NCBI GenBank assembly: GCA_963716745.1
Contig: OY970320.1
Location: 2,208,001-2,272,000, forward strand
Source: an uncultured Gemmatimonadaceae bacterium
GTDB taxonomy: Bacteria > Gemmatimonadota > Gemmatimonadetes > Gemmatimonadales > Gemmatimonadaceae
Direction of reading: 5' to 3'
DNA length: 64,000 nt
This document shows, in pieces, positions 1 through 11,037 of this stretch; positions within the stretch are counted from its first letter, which is position 1; the number at the start of each line of letters is the position of its first letter. The notes below the pieces were generated by a model. The model worked only from the letters and a program-made list of their open reading frames with translations, searched no databases and was not told where the DNA came from. Both the position numbers and the translations under genes were made by a program.

Positions 1-624
<624 letters not shown>

Positions 625-647
625 ACGTTCCACCCCCGAGGGCGACA

Positions 648-3074
648 ATGGGAATGCTTCTGCAGGATCTGCGCTACGCCTTTCGCGCTCTGCGGAAGAG
701 CCCGCTCTTCACCGCTGTCGCCGTCGTCACACTCGCCCTCGGGATCGGTGCCAATACCACGATCTACACCTGGCTGGAGGGCATCGTCCTCCGGCCCCTG
801 CCGGCCGTCAGCGATTACGACCGGCTCGTGCTCGTGATCACGCGCGGGCCGAACAACGTGCGGTGGAGTTTCTCCATTCCCGATTGGCAGGACGTGGCCA
901 AGAGTGCCACGCTCATCGAAGGGCCGGCGATCACCACCGGCCAGCCGCTGAGCGTGCGCACCGAGGGCCAAGCCGAGCGCGCCTGGGGCGAGATCGTGAG
1001 CGCCAACTACTTCAACGTGCTCGGCGTGCGTGCCATGCTCGGCCGCGGATTCCTGCCGGCCGAGGATAGCGCGCTCGGCGGGCATCCGGTGGTGGTGCTC
1101 TCGTACAACTATTGGCGCCGGAAGTTCGGTGCCGACTCCGGCATCGTTGGCAAGACGATCACGCTGAACAGTCATCCGTTCACGATCGTCGGCGTCATGC
1201 CGCCCTTCTTCACGGGGAAAACGGCGGCGCTCGCGTTCGACATGTGGGTGCCGCTCTCGATGGTGGGCGTCGCGAACGGCTCGCCGCAGCAGTACACGTC
1301 GCGCGGCTGGCAGAGCTATGACGCGATCGCGCGGCTCAAGCCGGGCGTCACGTTCGAGCAGGCGCAGCTCGAGATGCGGAAGATCGGCAAGGAGATGGCG
1401 GCCACCTACGACGCCGACCGCGGGATGGGGCGCGAGCTTCTGCCCATGAACGAGGACTACGTGCAGGCGATGTTCAAGCCGGCGCTCATCGCGGTGCTCG
1501 GGATCACGGCGGTGGTGCTGCTCATCGCGTGCGCGAACGTCGCGAATCTGATGTTGTCGCGGGCGGCGGCGCGGAAGCGGGAGATGGGGATACGGTTAGC
1601 CTTGGGGGCTAGACGTTCGGCGTTGGTACGGCAACTGCTCGTCGAGAGTGTGATCATCGCCATCGCGGGGGGAGGGCTCGGACTGCTCATCGCTTCGTGG
1701 GGGAGCGGCATGCTTCCGGCGCTCATGCCGCCGGTGGCGTACCCGGTGAGCTTCCATACGACGCTCGACACGCGGGTGCTCGTGTTCGCGATGCTCGTCA
1801 CCGTGGGCACGGCGCTGCTGTTCGGCGTGGTGCCGGCAATGCAGGCGTCCAAGCCCGATCTCGTCGTGTCGCTCAAGGACGGCGTTGGCATGGGCGGACG
1901 CGGACGCGGGTTGCTGCGCGGCACGCTCGTGGTCACACAGATCTCGCTCTCGGTGATCGCGCTTGTGGCGGCCGGATTGTTCATTCGCAGCCTGAATGCG
2001 GCGCAGCGGATGGACGCGGGATATCGCGAGCCGGAGAGAGTGCTGCTCGTGTCCACCGACCTGCTGCTCGCCGGCTACAACGCGAGCTCGGGGCGCGTGG
2101 TGCTGCAGCAGATGCTCGATCGCGTGCAGGCGTTGCCGGGCGTCACGTCGGCTACGATCTCCGGGATCGTGCCGCTCGGGTTCGGCGGGAACAACTCGAC
2201 CAGCCTCACGATCGAGGGCTACACGCCGCAGAAGGACGAGAACATGTCGCTGAACAACGACGGCGTGGGGCCGCGCTTCTTCGAGACCGTGGGCACACCG
2301 CTGCTGCAGGGACGTGATTTCACCGCGCAGGATGATTCCGGCACGGCGCGCGTCGTGATCGTGAACCAGGCGTTCGCGAAGAAGTATTGGCCGGGGCAGG
2401 ACGCGATGGGCCGCTGGATCGATTTCGGCGGCGGTAAGCGTACGGTGGTCGGCGTGGTCGCGACCGCCAAGCAGAAGCAGCTTGGCGAGACGCCGCTGCC
2501 GTTCCTGTTCCTGCCGCACGCGCAGGACTATGACGCGGCGGTCACAATGTACGTGCGCACGAGCGGCGATCCGAAGCTGCTCACCGAGACCGTGCGCCGC
2601 ACGTTCGCGTCCATCGATCCGAATCTCCCCTTCCTCGATGTGCGCACCTTCGCGGAGCACATGGGAGCGGCGACGTTCTTCATGAAACTGGGCGCGATCA
2701 TGCTCGGACTGTTCGGCGGCCTCGCGCTGTTGCTCTCGAGCATGGGCATCTACTCGGTGATCGCGTACTCGGTGAGCCAGCGCACGCGTGAGCTGGGCAT
2801 TCGCACCGCACTCGGCGCGGCGCGCCAGGACATCCTGTCGCTCGTGGTGGGAGAAGGGATGGTGCTCACCGCGATCGGTCTCGCATCCGGCGGTGTGCTC
2901 GCGTTCGGCGTGGCGATGCTGCTTCGCAGTCAGCTGCTGGGCGTGAGCGCGGCGGATCCGGTCACGTTCCTCTCGATCGGCGCGCTGCTCGCGGCGGTGG
3001 CGCTCCTCGCGAGCTGGATCCCGGCGCGGCGCGCATCGCGTACCGACCCCATGGTCGCGCTTCGCACCGACTAG
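648..3074 (+). CDS. ABC transporter permease, duplicated MacB/FtsX (ADOP-like), copy 1
   Basis: 808 aa; QDLRYAFR...[10 protein letters not shown] start, [11 protein letters not shown], two R..E.GIR.ALGA motifs, PARRAS..DPMVALR end. Confidence 0.93.
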   Translation: MGMLLQDLRYAFRALRKSPLFTAVAVVTLALGIGANTTIYTWLEGIVLRPLPAVSDYDRLVLVITRGPNNVRWSFSIPDWQDVAKSATLIEGPAITTGQPLSVRTEGQAERAWGEIVSANYFNVLGVRAMLGRGFLPAEDSALGGHPVVVLSYNYWRRKFGADSGIVGKTITLNSHPFTIVGVMPPFFTGKTAALAFDMWVPLSMVGVANGSPQQYTSRGWQSYDAIARLKPGVTFEQAQLEMRKIGKEMAATYDADRGMGRELLPMNEDYVQAMFKPALIAVLGITAVVLLIACANVANLMLSRAAARKREMGIRLALGARRSALVRQLLVESVIIAIAGGGLGLLIASWGSGMLPALMPPVAYPVSFHTTLDTRVLVFAMLVTVGTALLFGVVPAMQASKPDLVVSLKDGVGMGGRGRGLLRGTLVVTQISLSVIALVAAGLFIRSLNAAQRMDAGYREPERVLLVSTDLLLAGYNASSGRVVLQQMLDRVQALPGVTSATISGIVPLGFGGNNSTSLTIEGYTPQKDENMSLNNDGVGPRFFETVGTPLLQGRDFTAQDDSGTARVVIVNQAFAKKYWPGQDAMGRWIDFGGGKRTVVGVVATAKQKQLGETPLPFLFLPHAQDYDAAVTMYVRTSGDPKLLTETVRRTFASIDPNLPFLDVRTFAEHMGAATFFMKLGAIMLGLFGGLALLLSSMGIYSVIAYSVSQRTRELGIRTALGAARQDILSLVVGEGMVLTAIGLASGGVLAFGVAMLLRSQLLGVSAADPVTFLSIGALLAAVALLASWIPARRASRTDPMVALRTD

Positions 3075-3083
3075 GAGATCCCA

Positions 3084-5498
3084 ATGGAATCGTTCTGGCA
3101 GGACGTGCGCTACGCCGTGCGGCAGCTCCGCACGCAGCGCCAGTTCACGATTGCCGCGCTCCTCGTGCTGGGGCTCGGCATCGGCGCGAACGCCACGATC
3201 TTCACCGTGGTGGACCGCGTGCTGCTCTCGCCGCTGCCGTACCGCGCGCCGGGCGATCTCGTGATGATCTGGGAGCGCAACGCGCGCGGCAACGTCGAGC
3301 ATAACGTGGTGAGCCCGCAGAACTACCTGGACTGGAAGGAGCGCGCCACATCGTTCACCGATCTCGCGGACTTCACGTGGAGCTCGATGACGCTGCTGGG
3401 CGGCACGGCGCCCGAGCACGTGTACGGGCGCTCCGTGACGCCGAACCTCTTCTCAGTACTCGGCACCGCTCCGGCACTGGGCCGGACGTTCACCGCGGCC
3501 GAGTCGAAGCTGGGCGCGCCGAACGTCGTGATCCTGAGCGACGGACTCTGGCGGCAGCGCTACGGCGCCGACGCCGCGATCGTGGGCAAGACGATCCGTG
3601 TGAGCGGCGGCGACGCGACGGTGGTGGGCGTCATGCCCGCGAAATTCCGGCCGCTCGCGAACGAGGTGTACTGGGACCCGTTCCGTTACGACACCATTCC
3701 CGCCGGCCGGCGCGGCCGCTACACGATGGTGCTGGGCCGATTGAAGCCCGGCGTCTCGGTGGCGAAAGCGCAGGCTGAGATGTCGATGATCGCCAAGCAG
3801 CTCGAAGCCGAGGCGCCGCAGGCGAACACGGGCTGGGACGCGTCGGTGATCACGCTCGCCGACCAGGTGGTAGGCTCATCGAAGCGCGTGATCTGGATGC
3901 TCTTCGGCGCCGTCACGATCGTACTGCTCATCACCTGCGCGAACGTGGGTAACTTGATGCTCACGCGCGCGGCGTCGCGCCAGCGTGAGACCGCCGTGCG
4001 CACGGCGCTCGGTGCACCGCGCTGGCGGATTGCGCGGCAGTGGGTGGTGGAGAACGTCATTCTCGCGATGGCGGGCGGCTTCGTGGGGATCATGTTGGCG
4101 TCGTACGGCGTGGACCTGTTGGTCGCGTCGGGGCCGCGCGGCGTGCCGAGGCTCTCGGAGATCGCGGTGGATTGGCGCGTGATCGGTGTGACCGCGGCGG
4201 CGACGATCGTGATCGGCCTGCTCATCGGATTGCCGGCCGCGTTCAACCGGCGGTCAGGAATGCTCGCGTCGGACTTGCACGGTGCGAGCGGCCGCACCAC
4301 GGGCGGCGTGCACGCCGCGCGATTCCGCTCGGGGCTGGTGGTGACGCAGATGTCGCTCGCGGTGGTGCTGCTGCTCGCGGCCGGCCTGCTCGTGCGTTCG
4401 CTGGGGCGGCTCGCCGCGGTGGATCCCGGATTCCGCGCCGATCATGTGCTCACCGTGAGCGTGAGCCTGCCGGGCGACAAGTATCCGGACGAGGCGCGCG
4501 CGGCGCAGTTCTTCGCCGCGTTCGCGGATCGGATCAAGGCGCTCCCGGGCGTCGCGGCGGTGGGCGCGGTGAGCATGCTGCCGCTGCAGAATGGCGACGC
4601 GGCCACCAGCATCCACGTGGTGGGCCGGCCCGAGCCGCCGGCGGGGCAGGCGCCGATCGCATCCGTGCGCGTGGCCGACGAAGGCTACTTCGGCGCGATG
4701 AAGATCCCGGTTCGCCGCGGCCGGACGTTCTCGCCCGTGGACAACGCACAGGCGCCGCGCGCGATCGTGATCAGCGAATCGCTCGCGAACAAGATCTGGC
4801 CGAACGAGGACCCCATCGGACAGCGGCTGCGCGTGGATTACGCGCGCAACAAGGATGACGAGCTCGAAGTGATCGGCGTGGTGGGCGATGTGCGGCACGC
4901 CGGTCTCGATGAGGACACGCGCGAGACGATCTACTATCCCGTGAATCAGTTCAACTATTCGAACCTCACGTTCGTGGTGCGCGCTGCCGGCCGCGCCAAT
5001 GCGCTCGCGCCCTCGGTGCGGGGCGTGTTGCACGAGATGGATCCCAACGTTCCCGCCGAGGATCTGGCGACGATGGATCATTGGCTCGCGCGTTCGATGA
5101 ACGACCGGCGCGACCCGATGCTGCTGCTCACGATCTTCGCCGTGCTCGCGGTGACCATCGCCGCGGTGGGCGTGTACGCAGTGCTGTCGTTCGGTGTGAG
5201 CCAGCGCACGCGCGAGATCGGCGTACGCATGGCGCTCGGCGCGCAGCCGCGCGCGGTATTGGCGATGGTGCTGGGCGGCGGGCTGCGACTCACGCTCGCT
5301 GGCATTGCGATCGGCGCCGCGGCGGGCATGTTCGCCACGCGCGCGCTCGACAAATTGCTCTTCCATGTGCAGCCCACCGACCCGGTCACGATGGGCGCCG
5401 TGGCGTTGCTGCTGGCCGTGGTCGCGCTCGCGGCGATGTACGTACCCGCGCGCCGGGCGGCGCGCGTGGACCCCGTAGTCGCACTTCGCTCCGAGTAG
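3084..5498 (+). CDS. ABC transporter permease, duplicated MacB/FtsX (ADOP-like), copy 2
   Basis: 804 aa with the same motif set; AGGAG RBS. Confidence 0.93.
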   Translation: MESFWQDVRYAVRQLRTQRQFTIAALLVLGLGIGANATIFTVVDRVLLSPLPYRAPGDLVMIWERNARGNVEHNVVSPQNYLDWKERATSFTDLADFTWSSMTLLGGTAPEHVYGRSVTPNLFSVLGTAPALGRTFTAAESKLGAPNVVILSDGLWRQRYGADAAIVGKTIRVSGGDATVVGVMPAKFRPLANEVYWDPFRYDTIPAGRRGRYTMVLGRLKPGVSVAKAQAEMSMIAKQLEAEAPQANTGWDASVITLADQVVGSSKRVIWMLFGAVTIVLLITCANVGNLMLTRAASRQRETAVRTALGAPRWRIARQWVVENVILAMAGGFVGIMLASYGVDLLVASGPRGVPRLSEIAVDWRVIGVTAAATIVIGLLIGLPAAFNRRSGMLASDLHGASGRTTGGVHAARFRSGLVVTQMSLAVVLLLAAGLLVRSLGRLAAVDPGFRADHVLTVSVSLPGDKYPDEARAAQFFAAFADRIKALPGVAAVGAVSMLPLQNGDAATSIHVVGRPEPPAGQAPIASVRVADEGYFGAMKIPVRRGRTFSPVDNAQAPRAIVISESLANKIWPNEDPIGQRLRVDYARNKDDELEVIGVVGDVRHAGLDEDTRETIYYPVNQFNYSNLTFVVRAAGRANALAPSVRGVLHEMDPNVPAEDLATMDHWLARSMNDRRDPMLLLTIFAVLAVTIAAVGVYAVLSFGVSQRTREIGVRMALGAQPRAVLAMVLGGGLRLTLAGIAIGAAAGMFATRALDKLLFHVQPTDPVTMGAVALLLAVVALAAMYVPARRAARVDPVVALRSE

Positions 5499-5506
5499 GA
5501 GGCGAC

Positions 5507-7933
5507 ATGGAAACGCTGATCCAGGACCTCAAGTACGCCGCGCGCGCGCTCCGGCGGAATCTGGTGTTCACCGTCGCCGCCGTGCTCACGCTGGCGATCG
5601 CGATCGGCGCGAACACCGCGGTGTTCTCAATGGTGAACGCGGTGCTGCTTCGGGCGATGCCGTATCCCGATCCCGACCGGCTGGTGGTGATCTGGGGGAC
5701 AATGCCCACCGAGCCGCGCACGCTCGTCTCGCTGCCCAACATCGTGGAGTGGCGCACGCGCAGCCGCAGTTTCGATGAGCTGTCCATGGTGCGCTCGCAG
5801 AGCGTCAATCTCACGGGCGTGGACGCGCCCGACCGGCTCGTCGGCAGCTTCGTAAGCGCGAACGCGCTCACCGTGCTCGGCGCGCGCGCGGAGCGCGGCC
5901 GCTTGTTCACGCCGGAGGAGGGAGAGGGCAACGGCGCCGCGGTGGCAGTGCTCTCGCACGCAGTGTGGGCTACGCGTTTCGGTTCCGATCCGAACATCGT
6001 GGGGCGCACGCTCATCTTGAACGGCAAGCCGCACGTGGTGATAGGCGTGACCGCGGCGGACTTCCGAGACCCGATGGGCGGTGCTGATGATGTCTGGCTG
6101 CCGGTGACTTCGGCGCCCGGCGCGAGCCTGACGACGCGCGTCGATCCCACGGGGAATCTTTTCCGCGTGTGGAGCGTGGCGCGGCTCAAGCGGGGCGTAT
6201 CGCTCGCGCAGGCGCAAGCGGATCTCAGTGGCGTGGTCGCGGGCCTCGCGAAGGAATTTCCTACGAGCGACGCCGGACAGGGCGTGATCATCATCCCGCT
6301 CAAGCAGGAGGTGGTGGGAGCGATCCAGCCGGTGCTCGTCACGGTGTTCGCGTTCGTCGCGGTGGTGCTGCTCATCGCCTGCGCGAACGTCGCGAACCTG
6401 CAGCTCGCGCGCGCGGCCGCGCGTGAGAAAGAGCTGTCGCTGCGCGCGGCGCTCGGCGCCGGACGCTGGCGCATCGTGCGGCAGCTGCTCACCGAGAGTC
6501 TGCTGCTCTCGCTCGTTGGCGGCGCACTCGGTGTGCTCATCGGCGTATGGGCGATGCGCGCCCTGGTGGCCGGCGTCCCCGGCGGATTGCCGGGCTACGC
6601 CGATGTCGGACTCGACATGGGCGTGCTCTCGTTCTCGATCCTTCTGACCGTCGGCAGCGGCATGCTGTTCGGACTCGCCCCCGCGCTCTACGCCTCGCGC
6701 ACGAATCTCCGCTCCGGCGCGGGCAGTGGAGGCAACAGCCAACAGCCGACAGCCCGCCGTTGGCATTCGAGGGATCTCCTCGTCGCCGCGCAGTTGGCAT
6801 TGTGCGTCGTACTGCTCGCAGGCGCCGGCCTCCTCACGCGAAGCCTGATGGCGCTCAGTCGCGTGGACGCCGGCTTCGATGCGCGCAACGTGATCACCGG
6901 CGAGTTCCGTCTGCCGAGCACAAAGTACGACTCGCCGGCGAAGATCAATCTGTTCATGTCGCGCGCGCTCGCGGCGATCCGTGCGGTGCCGGGCGTGAGA
7001 GATGCGTCGCTGGTGCAGGCGGTGCCGCTCAGTGGGAATTTCGGGCTGGTGACGTTCGAGGTCGACGGGAAAGGCCCGTCCACCACGCCGCCCACCGCGC
7101 TGCAGAACGTCGTGGCCGACGGCTATTTCCGGACGATGGGCATCCCGCTGCGTGCCGGGCGTGACTTCGATGCGCGCGACCGTGTGGACGCGCCGCCGGT
7201 CGCGATCGTGAGCGAGGCGTTCGCGCGCGCGGCGTGGCCGGGCGAGAACGCGATCGGGCGGCGGGTGAAGGTGTTCGGGCCGCCGGATGTGTGGGTGACG
7301 GTGGTGGGCGTAGTGGGCGATGTGAAGCAGCGGTCGTTCGACGATGGGCCGGATGGAGGCCAGATCTATCAGCCGCTGGAGCAGGGGATCAGCATCTTCA
7401 ATTCGGTGGTCGCGCGCACCGAGGGCGACCCGGATGTGCTCGGCAAACAGGTGCGCGCCGCGATCTGGAGCATCGATGCGGACCAGCCGGTGTGGAAAGT
7501 GCGGTCGCTGCAGTTCCTGGTGACGCGCGGCTTCGCGTCGCGACGATTCGCATTGACGCTCGCCGGCGCGTTCGCGCTGCTGGCGGTGATCCTCGCGGCC
7601 ATCGGCGTGTACGGCGTGATGAGTTACATGCTCGTGCAGCGGACGCGCGAACTCGGAATACGGCTTGCTCTAGGCGCTAAGCGCTCGGCGCTAGTCGGGC
7701 TCGTGCTCGCGCATGGGACGCGCGTCGCGCTCGCGGCGACGATCGTTGGCGTGATCGCCGCGTTCGGCGTGGCGCGATTGATGCAGAGTCAGCTGTACGG
7801 CATCAGCGCGGCGGATCCTGTCACGTTCATCGCGGTGCCGCTGCTGCTTTTCGCCGTCGCGTTTGTGGCTACTTACCTGCCCGCGCGCCGAGCGGCGAGC
7901 GTGGACCCCCTGATCGCCATCCGCTCGGAGTAA
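5507..7933 (+). CDS. ABC transporter permease, duplicated MacB/FtsX (ADOP-like), copy 3
   Basis: Start reassigned to METLIQDLKYA after AGGAGG; same motif set. Confidence 0.93.
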   Translation: METLIQDLKYAARALRRNLVFTVAAVLTLAIAIGANTAVFSMVNAVLLRAMPYPDPDRLVVIWGTMPTEPRTLVSLPNIVEWRTRSRSFDELSMVRSQSVNLTGVDAPDRLVGSFVSANALTVLGARAERGRLFTPEEGEGNGAAVAVLSHAVWATRFGSDPNIVGRTLILNGKPHVVIGVTAADFRDPMGGADDVWLPVTSAPGASLTTRVDPTGNLFRVWSVARLKRGVSLAQAQADLSGVVAGLAKEFPTSDAGQGVIIIPLKQEVVGAIQPVLVTVFAFVAVVLLIACANVANLQLARAAAREKELSLRAALGAGRWRIVRQLLTESLLLSLVGGALGVLIGVWAMRALVAGVPGGLPGYADVGLDMGVLSFSILLTVGSGMLFGLAPALYASRTNLRSGAGSGGNSQQPTARRWHSRDLLVAAQLALCVVLLAGAGLLTRSLMALSRVDAGFDARNVITGEFRLPSTKYDSPAKINLFMSRALAAIRAVPGVRDASLVQAVPLSGNFGLVTFEVDGKGPSTTPPTALQNVVADGYFRTMGIPLRAGRDFDARDRVDAPPVAIVSEAFARAAWPGENAIGRRVKVFGPPDVWVTVVGVVGDVKQRSFDDGPDGGQIYQPLEQGISIFNSVVARTEGDPDVLGKQVRAAIWSIDADQPVWKVRSLQFLVTRGFASRRFALTLAGAFALLAVILAAIGVYGVMSYMLVQRTRELGIRLALGAKRSALVGLVLAHGTRVALAATIVGVIAAFGVARLMQSQLYGISAADPVTFIAVPLLLFAVAFVATYLPARRAASVDPLIAIRSE

Positions 7934-7936
7934 CGC

Positions 7937-10366
7937 GTGGACACACTCTGGCAGGACATCCGCTATTCCATTCGGCAGCTCGCGAAGCATCGCCAGTTCA
8001 CGTTCGCGGCGTTGCTCGTACTGGGACTCGGTATTGGCGCCAACGCGACGATCTTCGGATTGATGCAGGGGATGCTGTACCGGCCGCTGCCGGGAGTGGC
8101 GCACTCCGACCGGCTGGTATCGTACACCGAGAGCGTTGTCTCGTATCCGGCGCTGCGCGACCTGCGCGCCGATGCGCGCGCCGTAATGGACATCGCGGGT
8201 GCGAGCGGGCGGAGCATGACCTTGTCGGGCGACGGGCGTGCGACGCTCATATCCACGCAGGTGGTGAGTGGGAATTATTTCCAGGTGCTGGGCGTGCGCG
8301 CGCTGCACGGGCGGCTGCTCACGAACGAGGATGATGTCGCGGGCGTGGCGCCCGTAGCGGTGCTGAGCGCGAACTATTGGCGCCGCGAGTTCGGCAGCGA
8401 CCTGAGCGTGATTGGACGCACCGTGCTGCTGAACGACCGTCCGGTGATGGTGGTGGGCATCGCCGCGCCGGAGTTCCGCGGGCTCTGGCTCGAGAGTTCG
8501 CCGGCGTTCTGGGTGCCGATGAGCGCATGGCCCGGTCTCGCGCCCACGAACATGGCGCGGTTGGGCCTCGAGAATCGCAATTGGGGCTGGATCCGAGTGT
8601 TCGGGCGTCTTGCGCCAAATGCGACGCCCGCGGCGGCGGCGAGCGCGATGACGGCGTCCATTGAGCGACAGCGCCTCACGTATTCGCCCTCTGATAAGCC
8701 CGATCCTCCGGTGGTGTTGGAGTCCTCAGTGCAAGCGTTCGCCGGCGGCTCGCACGGCAGCATCGCGCGATTCACGGGCGTGCTCATGGGCGTTGTTGGC
8801 ATCGTACTGCTACTCGTGTGCGCGAACGTCGCGAATCTCCTGCTCGCGCGCGGCGCGGCGCGACGGCGCGAGGTGGGTGTGCGTCTCGCGCTCGGCGCCA
8901 CGCGCGCGCGCCTGATGCGTCAATTGCTAACGGAGAGCGCAGTGCTCGCGCTCGCCGCCGTCGCGATCGCCTTCGGCGTCGCGAGCCTGGCGGGCGACGC
9001 GCTGGGCCGCATGTCGTTCGACGGCACGTCGTTCGCAGGACTCAACATCGCGCCCGACGCCGCCACGCTCGCCTTCATGTTGGCGCTCGCGGCGGCATCG
9101 ATGCTGATCTTCGGCTTCGCGCCGGCGCGGCAGACGCTCGCCGTGGATCTCACACCGGCGCTGCGCGATGGCACGGCGGGCGCCGGACAGCGGCGCACGC
9201 GGTTGCGCGGCGTGCTGCTCGCGTCACAGGTGGCGCTCAGTCTCGTGCTGCTCGTGGGTGCGGGGCTCTTCTCGCGCGCCCTGCAGCGCGCGCTCACGAT
9301 CGACCCGGGTTTCGCCGTGGGGCACGTCGCCGTCGCGGCGGTGAACATGGGGCTATCGCACTACGACGCTCCGCGCGCAACGGCGTACTACGCGCTGGCG
9401 GCGGACCGTCTCACGGCAGTGCGCGACGTGACCGCGTTCGCGTGGGCCACCGATACGCCGCTCAGCAGCGGATTGGACATGGAGTCGTTCAGCATTCCGG
9501 GATACACGCCCGCCGCGGGTGAACGGCTGTTCGTGGAGAACGCCGTGGTGAGTGCCGGCTACTTCCACGTGCTCCATGTCCCGGTCGCATCGGGCCGTGA
9601 GTTCGACGAGCACGATACGCCCTCCAGTATGCCTGTCACGGTGATCAACGCGACGATGGCGGCGAAGTATTTTCCCGAGGGCGCCGTGGGGCGGCACATC
9701 ACGATGGGTGACGCGGACCTGACCATCGTGGGCGTGGTGAAGGATGTCGCATACCACCACTTGGGCGAAAAACCGCGCCCGTATCTGTACGGCGCGCTCT
9801 CGCAGCACCTGGGCGATGTGGGCCTGGGCGGTATAGTGCTCCTCGCGCGCACGCAGGGCGATCCGAACGCCGCCGGCCCCGCGATCCGCGCCGCGCTGCT
9901 GGGCGCCGATGCGCACGTCACGCCCTTCGCGTTCGGCGCGCTGGATGACCGTCTCTCGGAAGTGCTCTTCCCGCAGCGCGCCGGTGCGTTCGTGCTCGGC
10001 GCGTTCAGCCTGCTCGCGCTCATCGTGGCGCTCGTGGGAGTACATGGCGTGGTGAGCTACGCCGTGAGCCGCCGCACGCGCGAGATCGGCATCCGCGTCG
10101 CGCTCGGCGCGCGCGGCGACCGGGTGGTGCGCGAGCTCGTGCGCGAACATGTTCCATACATCGCCGCCGGCGTGATCGCGGGACTCGCGCTTTCGATCGC
10201 CGGCACGCGCGCGCTCGCGAGTTTCCTGTATGGCGTAAGCGCCACCGATCTGCCCACGTTCGCCGGCGCGTCGCTCGCGCTGGCGGCCGCCGCACTGCTC
10301 GCGGCCGCGATCCCCGCGCGCCGCGCCGCCAAAGTCGATCCCATGACCGCACTGAGGTACGAGTAG
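7937..10366 (+). CDS. ABC transporter permease, duplicated MacB/FtsX (ADOP-like), copy 4
   Basis: 809 aa, GTG start, same motif set. Confidence 0.93.
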   Translation: MDTLWQDIRYSIRQLAKHRQFTFAALLVLGLGIGANATIFGLMQGMLYRPLPGVAHSDRLVSYTESVVSYPALRDLRADARAVMDIAGASGRSMTLSGDGRATLISTQVVSGNYFQVLGVRALHGRLLTNEDDVAGVAPVAVLSANYWRREFGSDLSVIGRTVLLNDRPVMVVGIAAPEFRGLWLESSPAFWVPMSAWPGLAPTNMARLGLENRNWGWIRVFGRLAPNATPAAAASAMTASIERQRLTYSPSDKPDPPVVLESSVQAFAGGSHGSIARFTGVLMGVVGIVLLLVCANVANLLLARGAARRREVGVRLALGATRARLMRQLLTESAVLALAAVAIAFGVASLAGDALGRMSFDGTSFAGLNIAPDAATLAFMLALAAASMLIFGFAPARQTLAVDLTPALRDGTAGAGQRRTRLRGVLLASQVALSLVLLVGAGLFSRALQRALTIDPGFAVGHVAVAAVNMGLSHYDAPRATAYYALAADRLTAVRDVTAFAWATDTPLSSGLDMESFSIPGYTPAAGERLFVENAVVSAGYFHVLHVPVASGREFDEHDTPSSMPVTVINATMAAKYFPEGAVGRHITMGDADLTIVGVVKDVAYHHLGEKPRPYLYGALSQHLGDVGLGGIVLLARTQGDPNAAGPAIRAALLGADAHVTPFAFGALDDRLSEVLFPQRAGAFVLGAFSLLALIVALVGVHGVVSYAVSRRTREIGIRVALGARGDRVVRELVREHVPYIAAGVIAGLALSIAGTRALASFLYGVSATDLPTFAGASLALAAAALLAAAIPARRAAKVDPMTALRYE

Positions 10367-11035
10367 ATGATCTCGCTCAAGAGTGTCGAGAAGAGCTATC
10401 CTATTTCGGGCGGGCAGGTGTACGTGCTCCGCCACATCACGCTCGACATCAAGAAGGGCGAGTTCGTGACCATCATGGGTCCGTCGGGTGCGGGGAAGAG
10501 CACTTTGCTCTCCGTGGTCGGCATGCTCGACGGCGCGTGGACGGGCGAGTACCAGCTGATGGAGCACGCGGTGCACAAGCTGGACCCCAAGCGCCGTGTC
10601 GCGCTGCACAAGCAGTACGTGGGCTTCGTCTTCCAGCAGTATCACCTGCTCGACGATCTCACCGTGGCCGAGAACCTCGACCTGCCGCTCTCGTACCGCG
10701 ACATCAAGAAAACGGAGCGACAGGCCGTGGTGGCCGACACGCTCGACAAGTTCGGCATCGTCGCGAAGAAGGACCTCTACCCCACGCAGCTCTCGGGCGG
10801 CCAACAGCAGTTGGTGGCCGTCGCGCGCGCGGTGATCCACCAGCCGTCGCTCATCCTCGCCGACGAGCCCACCGGCAATCTGCATTCGGCGCAGGGCCGC
10901 GAGATCATGGAGTTGTTCAAGCGCTTGAACGCCGCCGGCACCACGATCATCCAGGTGACGCACTCCGAGGAGAACGCGACGTACGGCCACCGGATCATCC
11001 GCCTCAAGGACGGCTGGCTGGACAAGGAGGCGTGA
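10367..11035 (+). CDS. ABC transporter ATP-binding protein, MacB/LolD-like
   Basis: [30 protein letters not shown]. Confidence 0.95.
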   Translation: MISLKSVEKSYPISGGQVYVLRHITLDIKKGEFVTIMGPSGAGKSTLLSVVGMLDGAWTGEYQLMEHAVHKLDPKRRVALHKQYVGFVFQQYHLLDDLTVAENLDLPLSYRDIKKTERQAVVADTLDKFGIVAKKDLYPTQLSGGQQQLVAVARAVIHQPSLILADEPTGNLHSAQGREIMELFKRLNAAGTTIIQVTHSEENATYGHRIIRLKDGWLDKEA

Positions 11036-11037
11036 AC